Part shown: positions 45,501 to 53,808 of the stretch, piece by piece
How positions within the stretch are numbered: the stretch's first letter is position 1
Layout of the letters: each line of letters begins with the position of its first letter
Assembly: GCA_007693485.1 (NCBI GenBank)
Contig: REDM01000202.1
Coordinates: forward strand, 16,141-80,140
DNA: 64,000 bases
Source: Spirochaetaceae bacterium
GTDB taxonomy: Bacteria > Spirochaetota > Spirochaetia > DSM-27196 > PWMO01
Direction of reading: 5' to 3'
Translations under genes and position numbers: made by a program
The notes under the pieces: model-generated
Database searches by the model: none
What the model was told of the DNA's origin: nothing
The model's input: only the letters and a program-made list of their open reading frames with translations

Positions 45501-45646
45501 CGCACGAGAATGTTGCCGAGCAGCAGAAACGCGTCGTCGGAATCCGGATTTTCCTCGATACACTCGGTGATGTAGGTTTCGGCGCTCGCGTGATCTCCCA
45601 CGCGCCACGCGCTGTATGCGCGTGCGAATCGCTCATCGGTTTTCAT
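42542..45646 (-). CDS. Giant TPR-repeat protein with an acidic/proline-rich disordered region and a conserved-looking C-terminal helical domain
   Basis: 1034 aa. The first ~460 aa are back-to-back 34-aa TPR units (A..AF..AL...P....A..NLG). Then ~430 aa are very D/E/P/G-rich. The last ~110 aa are ordered and helical (RVRLLDYLVGMAKALPEEKRGEFLHSEMRLKIESLRNRL...). No signal peptide. Confidence 0.85.
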   Translation of the reverse strand: MKTDERFARAYSAWRVGDHASAETYITECIEENPDSDDAFLLLGNILVRTGRAGDAIAAFRTAIEKNPENLEALNGLGVVCRQLGRTTEALSAFRAALKVDPNDAAIHYNLGNVYKQSGDAAAAEQAYRAAAQHDPELSVAWNNLGTMLQSQGRLHEAISVFRQGLVHDPNHPGLHYNLGVAYEQDSQQDAAIDEYRKALNSRPGWVDALNNLGVILQRRGELDEAARVFRELLKITDQSALAHNNLATIEAQLGRLEAARAHYQSALKIDPSYHRAVKNLAHLLRAHSSLPDSVDELGELVQRNSDDANLRLLFAGACMEVDRLTDAETQLEEVLGMTPGNVEALRLLGTVYFRLGRRDAADECFARIPDIDPENDDFRVDEACLYAEAGEPEAALSRIDAYLATHPEDRAGLLLRAESLLAMERAEEALELLRELRERLPDDSRVISLMARAQQELGSVEAALETTDRLISLQGNRASVEDLEAISRSLELYESTVDDLRNDTWEENLQRLAVLMDEASRDISAVEAESLEVEEVGEIDAESIPILGSWGQEFFADEDEKPLRLSDLQEEVEEPQRPERPEGPGRSLLDLSEVEAQGFRRLAEQEDEEIHHRIIRKTTEEIHEPPPRPEPEPQQPSPGGGFPPGGGAPGGWPPAPSGGPGSGPERGGAGGDAVAGSESTSGVPEHDDRDDLSSGGFYPHYATPYSGITDEDTAGGLEHELEEELGEEIDELEDLDDTPATPTVAADGSFAARGDQTIETPIGPSREPSPADPVPGPPAGVPDEHTTWAAPPWVDADTESDPEPDIDTVDAMKGDDLGDEHPGLSRLMRAAEALRAIAGDEQEEYGLEETADEPVPKPSLDAEAGDDAAPTPAGPEEESETPRDAGAVPAGAMFPGGVPQRRATDRVPQPRPRPENIDPRVRLLDYLVGMAKALPEEKRGEFLHSEMRLKIESLRNRLLGRRGLKRDLERYAPIRDREQEAHITAKRVADAMRFVQSMSGFLPDPSISSVLNSRLDGIVQKLQDFKTAKKESQ

Positions 45647-47184
45647 GGCGACGCCCCTGCACGGGACGGGCGAGCACGGGACGGGCGAGCGCTCACTTCA
45701 GGCGAGAGCGCGCCGGCATCGAGAATACCCGCTTCGCCGTACGCGGCAACCGCGAAGTAGTAAATCCGGCCGTTGGTGAGACCGTCGATCCGCACCGAGG
45801 TGACCTCCCCAACGTCAATGGGCGAGCGTCCCGCCGTGGCGGACTCTCCGAAGTAGTTGCCCGGTGACTCCCCGTAAAACACGAGGTACCCCGATACGTC
45901 GAAACCGCGAATCTGATTCCACTCGAGTTCGACGGAACCGTCTCCGGCCGTGGCAACCAACCCGTTGGGCCGCGGCACCGGAGCGGCCGGCTGGTAACGC
46001 ACGGTCAGCCCGGAGAGACGGGGCACGTCGGCCGCGGTTCCGGCGGGAAGGAAATCGACACGAACCTGGAGATACCTCCCGGTGGCCGAAGCACCAAGAT
46101 CCGCTCCCGGGGCAAACGGCACCCACGGGTCGTCGAGTCCTTCGGCTGCCGTAATCGCGTTACCCACACGATAAAAGTACGCCAGATCGCTGTCACCCGG
46201 TGTCTGGGCCACCGCGTCGATGGCGAGGACGCGCGCGGGGCGCGGTCCGAGCGGAATTGGCGTGGTTTCGAAACGTCCCGGCTCCTGACGCACGGGAGCG
46301 ATCAACGGATCGATGCGGGGAAGGCGCGGAAGGTGGGAAATTCGAAACTCGTCCATCGCACCGGAGAACCCGGTCCCCACGCGCAACCGTCCTCGACCGA
46401 GCTCCCCGATATACGCGGCGAAGAGGTCTCCACGGGAATCCCCGGTGCTGGTCGCGTAGGTGAAGCCTTCGGGAACATCGTCTACCAGGTATTCAAGGCG
46501 ACCGGTGATGCCGTCGTAGCGCAGTCGGTGGTGCTGCCAGCGACGGGGTACCAGACCGGCAAAACTGGTGATCCGGATCACCGGCTGGGAGCCCGCCGGA
46601 TCGATGAAGAGGTTGGCAAACTCCCACTCCAGTCGGCGGTTCTCGACGGTGACCCGAAGCCGCTGCGACTCGATTCGTCCGGCCCGTCGGAGCGAGCCAT
46701 CCCAGGCGATGAGTTCTTCCCCATCCTGCAAGAGCGAAGGGGAGAGCCAGAACGAGATGTCGAACGATTGCTGAAAGGTTCCCGGAGTGAACATCGCAGC
46801 CTGCCCCGGAACCGACAGCGGCTCAAGCTCGATGCTGCCGCGGCCGGCGCGGAACAGCGCTGACGCCGCACCGATTCGCCGCAGATTGTTGCTGATCTCC
46901 GGAGCCGAGGCGTGTACGCGGTAGCGGCCCGCTTCGTCGCGTAAGGGAAGGGAATCAAAGGTGAGCAAGAGATCGGTCGTTTCTCTCACCGGCTCCCGCG
47001 CATCGCGAAGGTAGAGATCGTGCCGGCCTCGAAACCCGGGCCGACGCACGAGATTATGCTCAACGAGGAGGCGTCCGTCCCAACCGGCCTCGCCACCAAC
47101 CTGCACGCGTTCTTCGAGCGCGGAGAGTCCCGAGACGGCGAGGAGAGCGAGAGTGACCGCGATGGTTATTCCTTTTTTCTCCAT
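45643..47184 (-). CDS. Exported LamG (concanavalin-like lectin) + fibronectin type III domain protein
   Basis: Start taken at MEKKGITIAVTLALLAVSGLSA (signal peptide, ATG 47184). Laminin_G_3-type motif GFSGAMDEFRIS. C-terminal FN3 (VELEWNQ...GYLVFYG...DGLTNGRIYYFAVAAY). ATGA overlap with the TPR gene. Confidence 0.78.
   Translation of the reverse strand: MEKKGITIAVTLALLAVSGLSALEERVQVGGEAGWDGRLLVEHNLVRRPGFRGRHDLYLRDAREPVRETTDLLLTFDSLPLRDEAGRYRVHASAPEISNNLRRIGAASALFRAGRGSIELEPLSVPGQAAMFTPGTFQQSFDISFWLSPSLLQDGEELIAWDGSLRRAGRIESQRLRVTVENRRLEWEFANLFIDPAGSQPVIRITSFAGLVPRRWQHHRLRYDGITGRLEYLVDDVPEGFTYATSTGDSRGDLFAAYIGELGRGRLRVGTGFSGAMDEFRISHLPRLPRIDPLIAPVRQEPGRFETTPIPLGPRPARVLAIDAVAQTPGDSDLAYFYRVGNAITAAEGLDDPWVPFAPGADLGASATGRYLQVRVDFLPAGTAADVPRLSGLTVRYQPAAPVPRPNGLVATAGDGSVELEWNQIRGFDVSGYLVFYGESPGNYFGESATAGRSPIDVGEVTSVRIDGLTNGRIYYFAVAAYGEAGILDAGALSPEVSARPSRARPSRAGASP
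45659..45688. repeat. Perfect 15-bp tandem duplication at the 3' end of the LamG/FN3 gene
   Basis: GCACGGGACGGGCGA occurs twice (45659-45673 and 45674-45688), encoding ARPSR-ARPSR just before the stop. Confidence 0.9.
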
Positions 47185-47210
47185 TCTTCTGTACATTATC
47201 ATCGGCACGT

Positions 47211-49133
47211 ATGGAACACGGCACAACCCCGGCCTCATCGCTCCGAGACACCATCAGAAACCTTCCTACCCGAAGTGGTGTCTACCTGATGAAAGACGCC
47301 AACGACATTATTATATACGTAGGGAAGGCAAAAAATCTCAAAGCGCGCGTCTCATCGTACTTTTCGGGACGAAAAGATCCGAAGACCGCGATTCTGGTGC
47401 AGCGAGTCGACCGAATCGACTACGTCGTCACCCGTACCGAAAGTGAAGCGCTGCTGCTGGAAAACAACCTCATCAAGCGCTGGTCACCGCGCTACAACAT
47501 CAACCTCAAAGACGGCAAGACCTATCCGGTGATTCGCGTTACCAACGAGCCGTATCCCCGGGTCTTCCGCACGCGAACCATCGTGCAGGACGGTTCAAAC
47601 TACTACGGTCCGTTCCCCAACATTAACAGCATCGAGCGATACCTCGATCTCATCGAGCGGCTCTACCCGCTGCGTAAGTGTCGCGGCCACATCCGCACGC
47701 GCGACCACCCCTGCCTCTACCACCACATCGGACGCTGCTCGGCGCCCTGCGCAGGCAGGATCACCCGGGAGGCCTACCTCGAGCACGTTGCCGGGGTGCG
47801 CGGCCTGCTCTCCGGCGAGACCGCTGAGGTCCGCGAGCGACTGCGCCTCGATATGGAGGCGGCCTCCGGGGAACTGCGGTTTGAGAAGGCGGCCGAGTGT
47901 CGCGACCTGATTCGCGCCATCGACACCCTCGAGACCGACCAGCAGGTGGTGGACTTCGATCCCGACGTCCGAGACTACATCGCGTTCGCGTCGGAGACGG
48001 ACATGTGTACCTTCGTGGTCTTTCAGATGCGGTCAGGAAAACTGCTCGCGAGCGATGTCTATCGTGCCTCGGTCTTTGGCTCGGAAGAAGAGGATCTTGA
48101 GCAGTTCGTGGTGCGCTATTACGATACCAAGCGCGCCGTGCCGGCCCGTCTCTACCTGCCCATCCCCCTGCCGGTGGACGACCTTGCTCACTATTTCCGA
48201 CAGGAACACGGCGCAGAGGTCGCCATCGAGTTTCCCGACACGGGGCGCGACGCCTCGGTTCTCGGCATGGCCAGGGAGAACGCCGTGCAGGATCTCGCCC
48301 GGCGCAAACGCGAGACGGGCAACCTTCCCGCCCTGCTCGATCTTGCCGCGGTGCTCGGACTCGCCGGTCCGCCGCTGCGCGTCGAAGGTTTTGATATCGC
48401 GCACATCGGTGGCCGCTTCACCGTCGCCTCGATGGTGAGTTTCTCCAATGGGGTGCCCGACCGGGCCCAGTACCGGCGCTACCACATTCGTTCGCTCGAC
48501 GGCCGGATCGACGACTTCGAGGCGATGCGCGAGGTGATCGCCCGCCGGTATCAGCGTGTGCTCAACGAGAACCTCCCCCGTCCCGACCTGATTCTGATCG
48601 ACGGCGGGAAGGGACAGCTCAACGCAGCGCAGGAAATCCTCGAAGGGCTCGGCATCGGAACAACCCCGATGGTCGGCCTGGCGAAAAAACTCGAGGAGAT
48701 CTTTGTCCCCGGGCGCAGCGACCCCCTCACCCTTCCCGAAGGATCGCCTCCGTTGCAGTTGCTGCAGTACGTGCGCGACGAGGCGCACCGCTTTGCCACC
48801 ACGTTCCGGGCAGATCTCCAAAGCAAGGATGTATCGCGATCGCTTCTCGAGCGGGTTCCCGGCATCGGACCGAAGCGCAGCGCACAGCTGCTGCGCACCT
48901 TTGGCTCGCTGGAAGCGATCGCCGACGCGCCGGTCGACGTGGTGGTCGAACGGGGAGGCATTCCGCGGGATACGGTGGAACAGATCCGCACGCTCGCGGG
49001 GGTGCGCGCCGAAGAAGCCTCTGACGAGGCGGCTGACGAATTACCGGAGGTGGCGGCGGAAACTCCGACGGTCAGCTACCGTAGACCACCGAAGCCGGAA
49101 GATGAGCCGCCCCGCGGCGAACGATCACCGTGA
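47211..49133 (+). CDS. uvrC: Excinuclease ABC subunit C
   Basis: GIY-YIG N-terminus (SGVYLMKDANDIIIYVGKAKNLKARVSSYF), UVR domain, RNase H-like endonuclease domain, C-terminal (HhH)2 (VPGIGPKRSAQLLRTFGS). Confidence 0.93.
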   Translation: MEHGTTPASSLRDTIRNLPTRSGVYLMKDANDIIIYVGKAKNLKARVSSYFSGRKDPKTAILVQRVDRIDYVVTRTESEALLLENNLIKRWSPRYNINLKDGKTYPVIRVTNEPYPRVFRTRTIVQDGSNYYGPFPNINSIERYLDLIERLYPLRKCRGHIRTRDHPCLYHHIGRCSAPCAGRITREAYLEHVAGVRGLLSGETAEVRERLRLDMEAASGELRFEKAAECRDLIRAIDTLETDQQVVDFDPDVRDYIAFASETDMCTFVVFQMRSGKLLASDVYRASVFGSEEEDLEQFVVRYYDTKRAVPARLYLPIPLPVDDLAHYFRQEHGAEVAIEFPDTGRDASVLGMARENAVQDLARRKRETGNLPALLDLAAVLGLAGPPLRVEGFDIAHIGGRFTVASMVSFSNGVPDRAQYRRYHIRSLDGRIDDFEAMREVIARRYQRVLNENLPRPDLILIDGGKGQLNAAQEILEGLGIGTTPMVGLAKKLEEIFVPGRSDPLTLPEGSPPLQLLQYVRDEAHRFATTFRADLQSKDVSRSLLERVPGIGPKRSAQLLRTFGSLEAIADAPVDVVVERGGIPRDTVEQIRTLAGVRAEEASDEAADELPEVAAETPTVSYRRPPKPEDEPPRGERSP

Positions 49134-50073
49134 AGAGAAACTGCTGCAGGAGTCCGCGGTGCTGAGCCGTTCCCACCGACCGAAAGAGCGCTTCATACTC
49201 CACGGCACGGGCGAGAATTGCCTCGAGCGCGGGGAGCGGATACCGCTTGACGGCAACCACAACGGTGTGCTGATTGCGTTTGCTGCGGATGCCCAGGCGG
49301 GTAAAGGCGTCGGTTGGACTGAAGTGCTGATCGAGCAGTTGGGCGTAGGCGTGCAGTCGCTTGAACTGCCACACCAGACCGGCGAGAACGCCGGTAGGAT
49401 TGGCATCGTGCGACATCAGCAGGGCCTGACAGACCTCGAGGGCTGATTCAAGCGTGCCCTCGGCGATTTCGTCAAAGAGCGAGAAGGCGCTCTCTTCCTT
49501 GGTGTGCGCGAGAAATTGCTCGAGTTCGGTAACGGTCACCGTTCCGCCGCGGCCCACGAAGCCGCAGAGCCGCTCGACAACGACGCGCAGTTCCCGCGTG
49601 GTGTTTTCTACCATGTCGAGCAGGAGGTCGGCCGCATCGGCATCGATGGTGACGCCAAGTCGGCGGAAGGCGTTGACGACCCACGCCTGCTTCTGGTTGT
49701 CGAACATCTCCCAGAAAATCTTGCGTGCGTCGGCGGGAATCTTCCTGGTCCACGCTCCGTCCACCTTCGGCGAATCGGCAGTGAGGATGAGGGTCGCCTC
49801 GGGAGCCGGCTTCGCGATGTAGTCCGCAAGCACGGCAGTCTCTTCCTTTTTCTTTACCTCGTCAACGCCGGCGTAGATCACGACCACGTGCGGGTGAAAA
49901 AGGGACCCGTTGCGCAGCAGCCGCACGACGTCGGAGGCCGAGGTCTCAAACACGTAGCGCGTGTGGACCTCGGGTTCTCCACCGGCCTGTTTCTTGACAA
50001 TCTCCAGCAGCCGCTCGATGTGCGCAGCCTTTTCTCCCTCTTCAGGACCGAGCAGCAGATGAACCGCAAGCAC
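49072..50073 (-). CDS. holA: DNA polymerase III delta subunit
   Basis: 333 aa. N-terminus LLLGPEEGEK and overall HolA-like three-domain length. The 3' end overlaps the convergent uvrC by 62 nt. Confidence 0.75.
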   Translation of the reverse strand: MLAVHLLLGPEEGEKAAHIERLLEIVKKQAGGEPEVHTRYVFETSASDVVRLLRNGSLFHPHVVVIYAGVDEVKKKEETAVLADYIAKPAPEATLILTADSPKVDGAWTRKIPADARKIFWEMFDNQKQAWVVNAFRRLGVTIDADAADLLLDMVENTTRELRVVVERLCGFVGRGGTVTVTELEQFLAHTKEESAFSLFDEIAEGTLESALEVCQALLMSHDANPTGVLAGLVWQFKRLHAYAQLLDQHFSPTDAFTRLGIRSKRNQHTVVVAVKRYPLPALEAILARAVEYEALFRSVGTAQHRGLLQQFLFTVIVRRGAAHLPASVVYGS

Positions 50074-50081
50074 GGGGCTAC

Positions 50082-50684
50082 CTACGCGTAACTTCGAATG
50101 AGGTGGGCGAGTTTGCCAAGAATGCGAACGTCCTGAGTGTAGAGTGCCGGGTAGTTGGGGTTTTCCGCCTGAAGCTTGACGCGGTTCTTCTCCTTGAAGA
50201 AGCGCTTCAGCGTAACCGCCTCGTCAACCATGGCAACCACGATGTCACCGTTGTTGGCCACCGGCTGCTCTCGAAAGACCGCAACGTCGCCGTCGCAGAT
50301 CCCTGCCCCGGTCATGCTGTCGCCCTGCACGTAGAGCGCGAAGTGACGCCCGGACCGCACAAAGTCGCGCGGGAGTTTCACCGAGCCATCGTAATTCTCG
50401 TCGGCGAAGAGCGGAGCACCCGCGGCGACGTTGCCTAGAATGGGTATGTCGATGACTTCATCGCCCGCGACGTCGTCTTCCAGAACCTCGATCGTCCGTG
50501 ATCGGTGGTTGTTCAGCTGGAGGAACTGCTTTTTCTCCAGCGCCTTGACGTGGTCGTAGGCGCCCTTTACGGAAATGGTGAAGTTCTCTGAGATCTCGCG
50601 AATGGTGGGCGGAAATCGGTGTGTGGCAACGTACGATTTGATGTAGTCGAGGACTTCACGTTGTCTGCGGGTAATCGATTTCAT
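50082..50684 (-). CDS. lexA: LexA repressor (S24 self-cleaving peptidase)
   Basis: N-terminal winged HTH (LTRRQREVLDYI-type: ITRRQREVLDYIKSYV...PPTIREI), the Ser/Lys dyad contexts VQGDSMTGAGI and VTLKRF. ATGA overlap with the upstream sigma54 activator. Confidence 0.92.
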   Translation of the reverse strand: MKSITRRQREVLDYIKSYVATHRFPPTIREISENFTISVKGAYDHVKALEKKQFLQLNNHRSRTIEVLEDDVAGDEVIDIPILGNVAAGAPLFADENYDGSVKLPRDFVRSGRHFALYVQGDSMTGAGICDGDVAVFREQPVANNGDIVVAMVDEAVTLKRFFKEKNRVKLQAENPNYPALYTQDVRILGKLAHLIRSYA

Positions 50685-52045
50685 TTTTCGATCTTGATTC
50701 CGAATTTCCGGATCTTGCCATGCAGATTGCTGGGGTAGATCCCCATTGCCTCAGCAGTCCGAGAGATATTGTTGCCGTTCTCTTCCAGCTTCTGCATGAT
50801 GTACCGCTTCTCGAACGAGTCCTTCGCCTCGTTCAATCCCATCTCCTGATATTCGTCGAAATCGGAGGCCCGCCTCCGTGGCATCGCTTCACCCAGGAAA
50901 TGTCGAATGAGGTCGGCGGTTATCACCTCCTCATCGGTCATGATGGTAACCCGTTCTACAAAGTTTTTCAATTCCCGAATGTTGCCCGGCCAATCGTGGT
51001 CCTGGAGCGCTGCCATTCCCCGGGAATCGACGCGCTTCGCGGGTCCATCCGGCGGATTGCGAAACACCGAGAGAAAATGCTCGATCAGCAGGGGAAGGTC
51101 CTCGCTTCGTTCGCGCAGCGGCGGAACGTGGATGGGAATGACGTTGAGCCGAAAAAACAGGTCTTCTCGAAAAGCCCCGTCCGCGATCTGCTGCTGAATG
51201 TTCTTGTTGGTCGCCGCGATGAGCCGCACATCGACGCTGATTGACTCTTCTCCACCAACCCGCTCGAACTTCATCTCCTGGATCGCGCGCAGCACCTTCG
51301 CCTGCGCCGAGAGCGACATGTCGGCCACTTCGTCCAGGAACAGGGTGCCGCGATCGGCGAGTTCAAACTTGCCGCGACGGCGGGCAACCGCTCCGGTGAA
51401 GGAGCCCTTCTCGTGCCCGAAGAGCTCGCTCTCGATGAGGTTGTCGGGTATTGCCGCGCAGTTTACCTCGATGAACGGAGACCGGGCGCGGCGGCTTCTG
51501 CGGTGAATCTCCCGCGCTACCAGCTCCTTGCCGGTTCCATTCTCTCCGGTGATGAGGATGCGCGAATCGGTGGCGGCGCTCTGTGCGATAATCTCGCGGA
51601 TGCGGCGGATGGCATCGGTCTCGCCGAGAATCTCGTCATTCTGCAGTATCGAGTTGCGCAGCAGGCGGTTTTCGCGACGAAGATTCTCCATCTGGATGGC
51701 GTTGCGCACGACGGTGACCACCCGCTCGAGGCTCAGCGGCTTTTCCATGAAGTCGAAGGCACCGAGCTTCACCGCTTTCACCGCAAGGTCGATATTGCCG
51801 TGGCCGGAGATGATGATGACTTCGATTTCGGGGTAGGTTTCCTTGATCTGTTTGAGCACGTCGATGCCGCCCATGTTGGGAAGCCATACATCAAGCAGCA
51901 CCAGGTCAATCGGTTCGCTTTTCAGAAGCGTGAGTCCATCGATACCGTCCTCTGCGGTGAAGACGGTGTACCCCTCGTCATCCAGAATGCCGGTGAGTAC
52001 TTCGCGGATTCCCTGTTCGTCGTCGATAACCAGTATCTTGCTCAT
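50681..52045 (-). CDS. Sigma54-dependent response regulator (NtrC/NtrX family bEBP: REC-AAA+-Fis HTH)
   Basis: REC (ILVIDDE...LVLLDVWLPNMGG), Walker A GENGTGKE, ESELFGHEKGSFTGA (GAFTGA-type loop), C-terminal Fis-type HTH. ATGA overlap with the kinase gene. Confidence 0.92.
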   Translation of the reverse strand: MSKILVIDDEQGIREVLTGILDDEGYTVFTAEDGIDGLTLLKSEPIDLVLLDVWLPNMGGIDVLKQIKETYPEIEVIIISGHGNIDLAVKAVKLGAFDFMEKPLSLERVVTVVRNAIQMENLRRENRLLRNSILQNDEILGETDAIRRIREIIAQSAATDSRILITGENGTGKELVAREIHRRSRRARSPFIEVNCAAIPDNLIESELFGHEKGSFTGAVARRRGKFELADRGTLFLDEVADMSLSAQAKVLRAIQEMKFERVGGEESISVDVRLIAATNKNIQQQIADGAFREDLFFRLNVIPIHVPPLRERSEDLPLLIEHFLSVFRNPPDGPAKRVDSRGMAALQDHDWPGNIRELKNFVERVTIMTDEEVITADLIRHFLGEAMPRRRASDFDEYQEMGLNEAKDSFEKRYIMQKLEENGNNISRTAEAMGIYPSNLHGKIRKFGIKIEK

Positions 52046-53808
52046 GATGTCTCGTCCACCGGCAGGTCGATGAAGAAGGTTGTTCCGGCTCCCGGCTGGG
52101 TTTCAAACCAGATCTGTCCCCGATGGTCGAACACAATCCGCTCGACGATGGACAGACCTAATCCGGTTCCGTGCCGCTTGGTGGTATAGTAGGGATTGAA
52201 CACCTTGTCGTGACTGGCAACGTCGATCCCCGGCCCGGTATCCTGAACCTGAATCCTACAGTACATACTGTTCCCCTTCTTGACAAGGTCGGCCCGCACG
52301 ACAATTTCACCTGCCCCGCTCATCGCCTCGGTGGCGTTAGTGAAGAGGTTGGCAAGAACCTGCTTGATCTGGCCGGGATCGACGATCACCTCGATGTCGT
52401 CGCCCAGATGAGCGGTGTGGATGACCAGGTCGGGCCAAGTGGCGTAGGTAGTGACCACCTCGGTGACCAGGGCCTTGAGAGACACCCGCTGCGGAACCGG
52501 ATCGGGTAGCCGGGAGAAGTTGCGAAACTCGCTGAGCAGGGCGTTCAGACCATCCACCTCGGTGATGATCGAGGAGATCGCCGACTCAAGCACCACCGGA
52601 AAGTCCTCGGCGTCGTTCCGGAACTTCTTCAGTACGCGCTCGGCGGAGAGCTTGATTGGGGTCAACGGGTTTTTGATCTCGTGCGCAAGTCGCTGAGCGA
52701 TCTCCTGCCACGCGGCAACCTTTTCGGTCTGGAGAATTTTCTTGCGGGACCGTTCGAGCTCGGAAACCATATCGTTGAACGAATTGACCAGCAGGCCGAG
52801 GTCATCGGTCGATCGAGTGAGTATTCGAAACGAGTAATCGCCCTCAGCCACCCGCCGGGTAGCTTCTTCCAGGTTGATGATGGGTCGGGTAATCTCCTCG
52901 CTCAGCAGCACACTTACCAGAATGGCCAGAAGAAAGAGTGGAAACGAGAACAGGCCGAAAAAGAGGGCAACCGCCTGCAGCAGGGCGCCCTGCATCTGTT
53001 CCACTTGGGCGAAGGTCTCTATGGCCGAGGTGATGGCCTGGGCGCGCTCGTCGAATCCGTCGGGCAGGAGCATGGTGAGTACCACCAGAATCTCGCCGGT
53101 GCGCCCGGGATGACTGACGCGCACCCGCAGGAAGCTGTCGTCCTCGGAGCGCTCGCGCACCACGTGTCCCTCGCGCCCCAGGCGGGCCTGGGTGGGCCGC
53201 AGCCAGGTTCGCTCGTTGCCGGCGGCGAAGAGTTCGTTGAGGTCCCGGTCAAACACCTGAAACCCGTCGATCTCGGGACGCAGGGTGGATATGGAATTCC
53301 AGGCGCGCTGCGGGTTGATCTCGGCATCCCGCAGAACACCTGCAAAGAGCGAGCCCGTGACAAAGCGCTCCAGCACCGCCACCCGCTCGTCGTAGTAATC
53401 GAGGGCGATGTCGAGTCCTCCACGCAGCGCGTCGCCGGTGGGAGCGGAGAACAGGGAGCCCATGGCGCTGTTGATGAAGTTGAGCGCCAGAATGCCCTGC
53501 GGCGCCGACGCAAGCACTACTACAAAGACAAAGAACGAGAGAATCCGCAGCCGTAGTGACGCACCCGGCGAACCGCGGCGGCGATCGCGAACCAACCGCA
53601 CGATGTTGATGACAATGGTCACCAGCAGGAAAAGGGGGAACGATACCGCCAGGACGATGATGAGCCGGCCGGTTGGGGTGCCGGCTATGGTGATGTCTGA
53701 GAGCAACTGTCCGGCGAAGACGAGCACCAGCACCACGAGAAAGAGATAGAGCAAAACAACGCTGACAAACCCGGACGTTGAGACCCCCGCGGCAAAGCGC
53801 CGTTTCAC
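52042..53808 (-). CDS. NtrY-like membrane sensor histidine kinase (TM-HAMP-HisKA-HATPase)
   Basis: Four N-terminal TM segments, HAMP (ITRPIINLEEATRRVAEGDY), H-box LAHEIKNPLTPIKLSAE, G-boxes (DTGPGI, GTGLGLS). Start set to GTG 53808 (GTGA overlap with the upstream stop, GGAGG 8 nt upstream) rather than the track start 53877. Confidence 0.9.
   Translation of the reverse strand: MKRRFAAGVSTSGFVSVVLLYLFLVVLVLVFAGQLLSDITIAGTPTGRLIIVLAVSFPLFLLVTIVINIVRLVRDRRRGSPGASLRLRILSFFVFVVVLASAPQGILALNFINSAMGSLFSAPTGDALRGGLDIALDYYDERVAVLERFVTGSLFAGVLRDAEINPQRAWNSISTLRPEIDGFQVFDRDLNELFAAGNERTWLRPTQARLGREGHVVRERSEDDSFLRVRVSHPGRTGEILVVLTMLLPDGFDERAQAITSAIETFAQVEQMQGALLQAVALFFGLFSFPLFLLAILVSVLLSEEITRPIINLEEATRRVAEGDYSFRILTRSTDDLGLLVNSFNDMVSELERSRKKILQTEKVAAWQEIAQRLAHEIKNPLTPIKLSAERVLKKFRNDAEDFPVVLESAISSIITEVDGLNALLSEFRNFSRLPDPVPQRVSLKALVTEVVTTYATWPDLVIHTAHLGDDIEVIVDPGQIKQVLANLFTNATEAMSGAGEIVVRADLVKKGNSMYCRIQVQDTGPGIDVASHDKVFNPYYTTKRHGTGLGLSIVERIVFDHRGQIWFETQPGAGTTFFIDLPVDETS

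Noticed and set aside
47189-47204. CTGT-N8 sequence (CTGTACATTATCATCG) upstream of uvrC, considered as an SOS (LexA) box.
   Set aside because: The second half-site is ATCG, not ACAG. It matches neither the TTTG-N5-CAAA nor the GAAC-N4-GTTC type of box.
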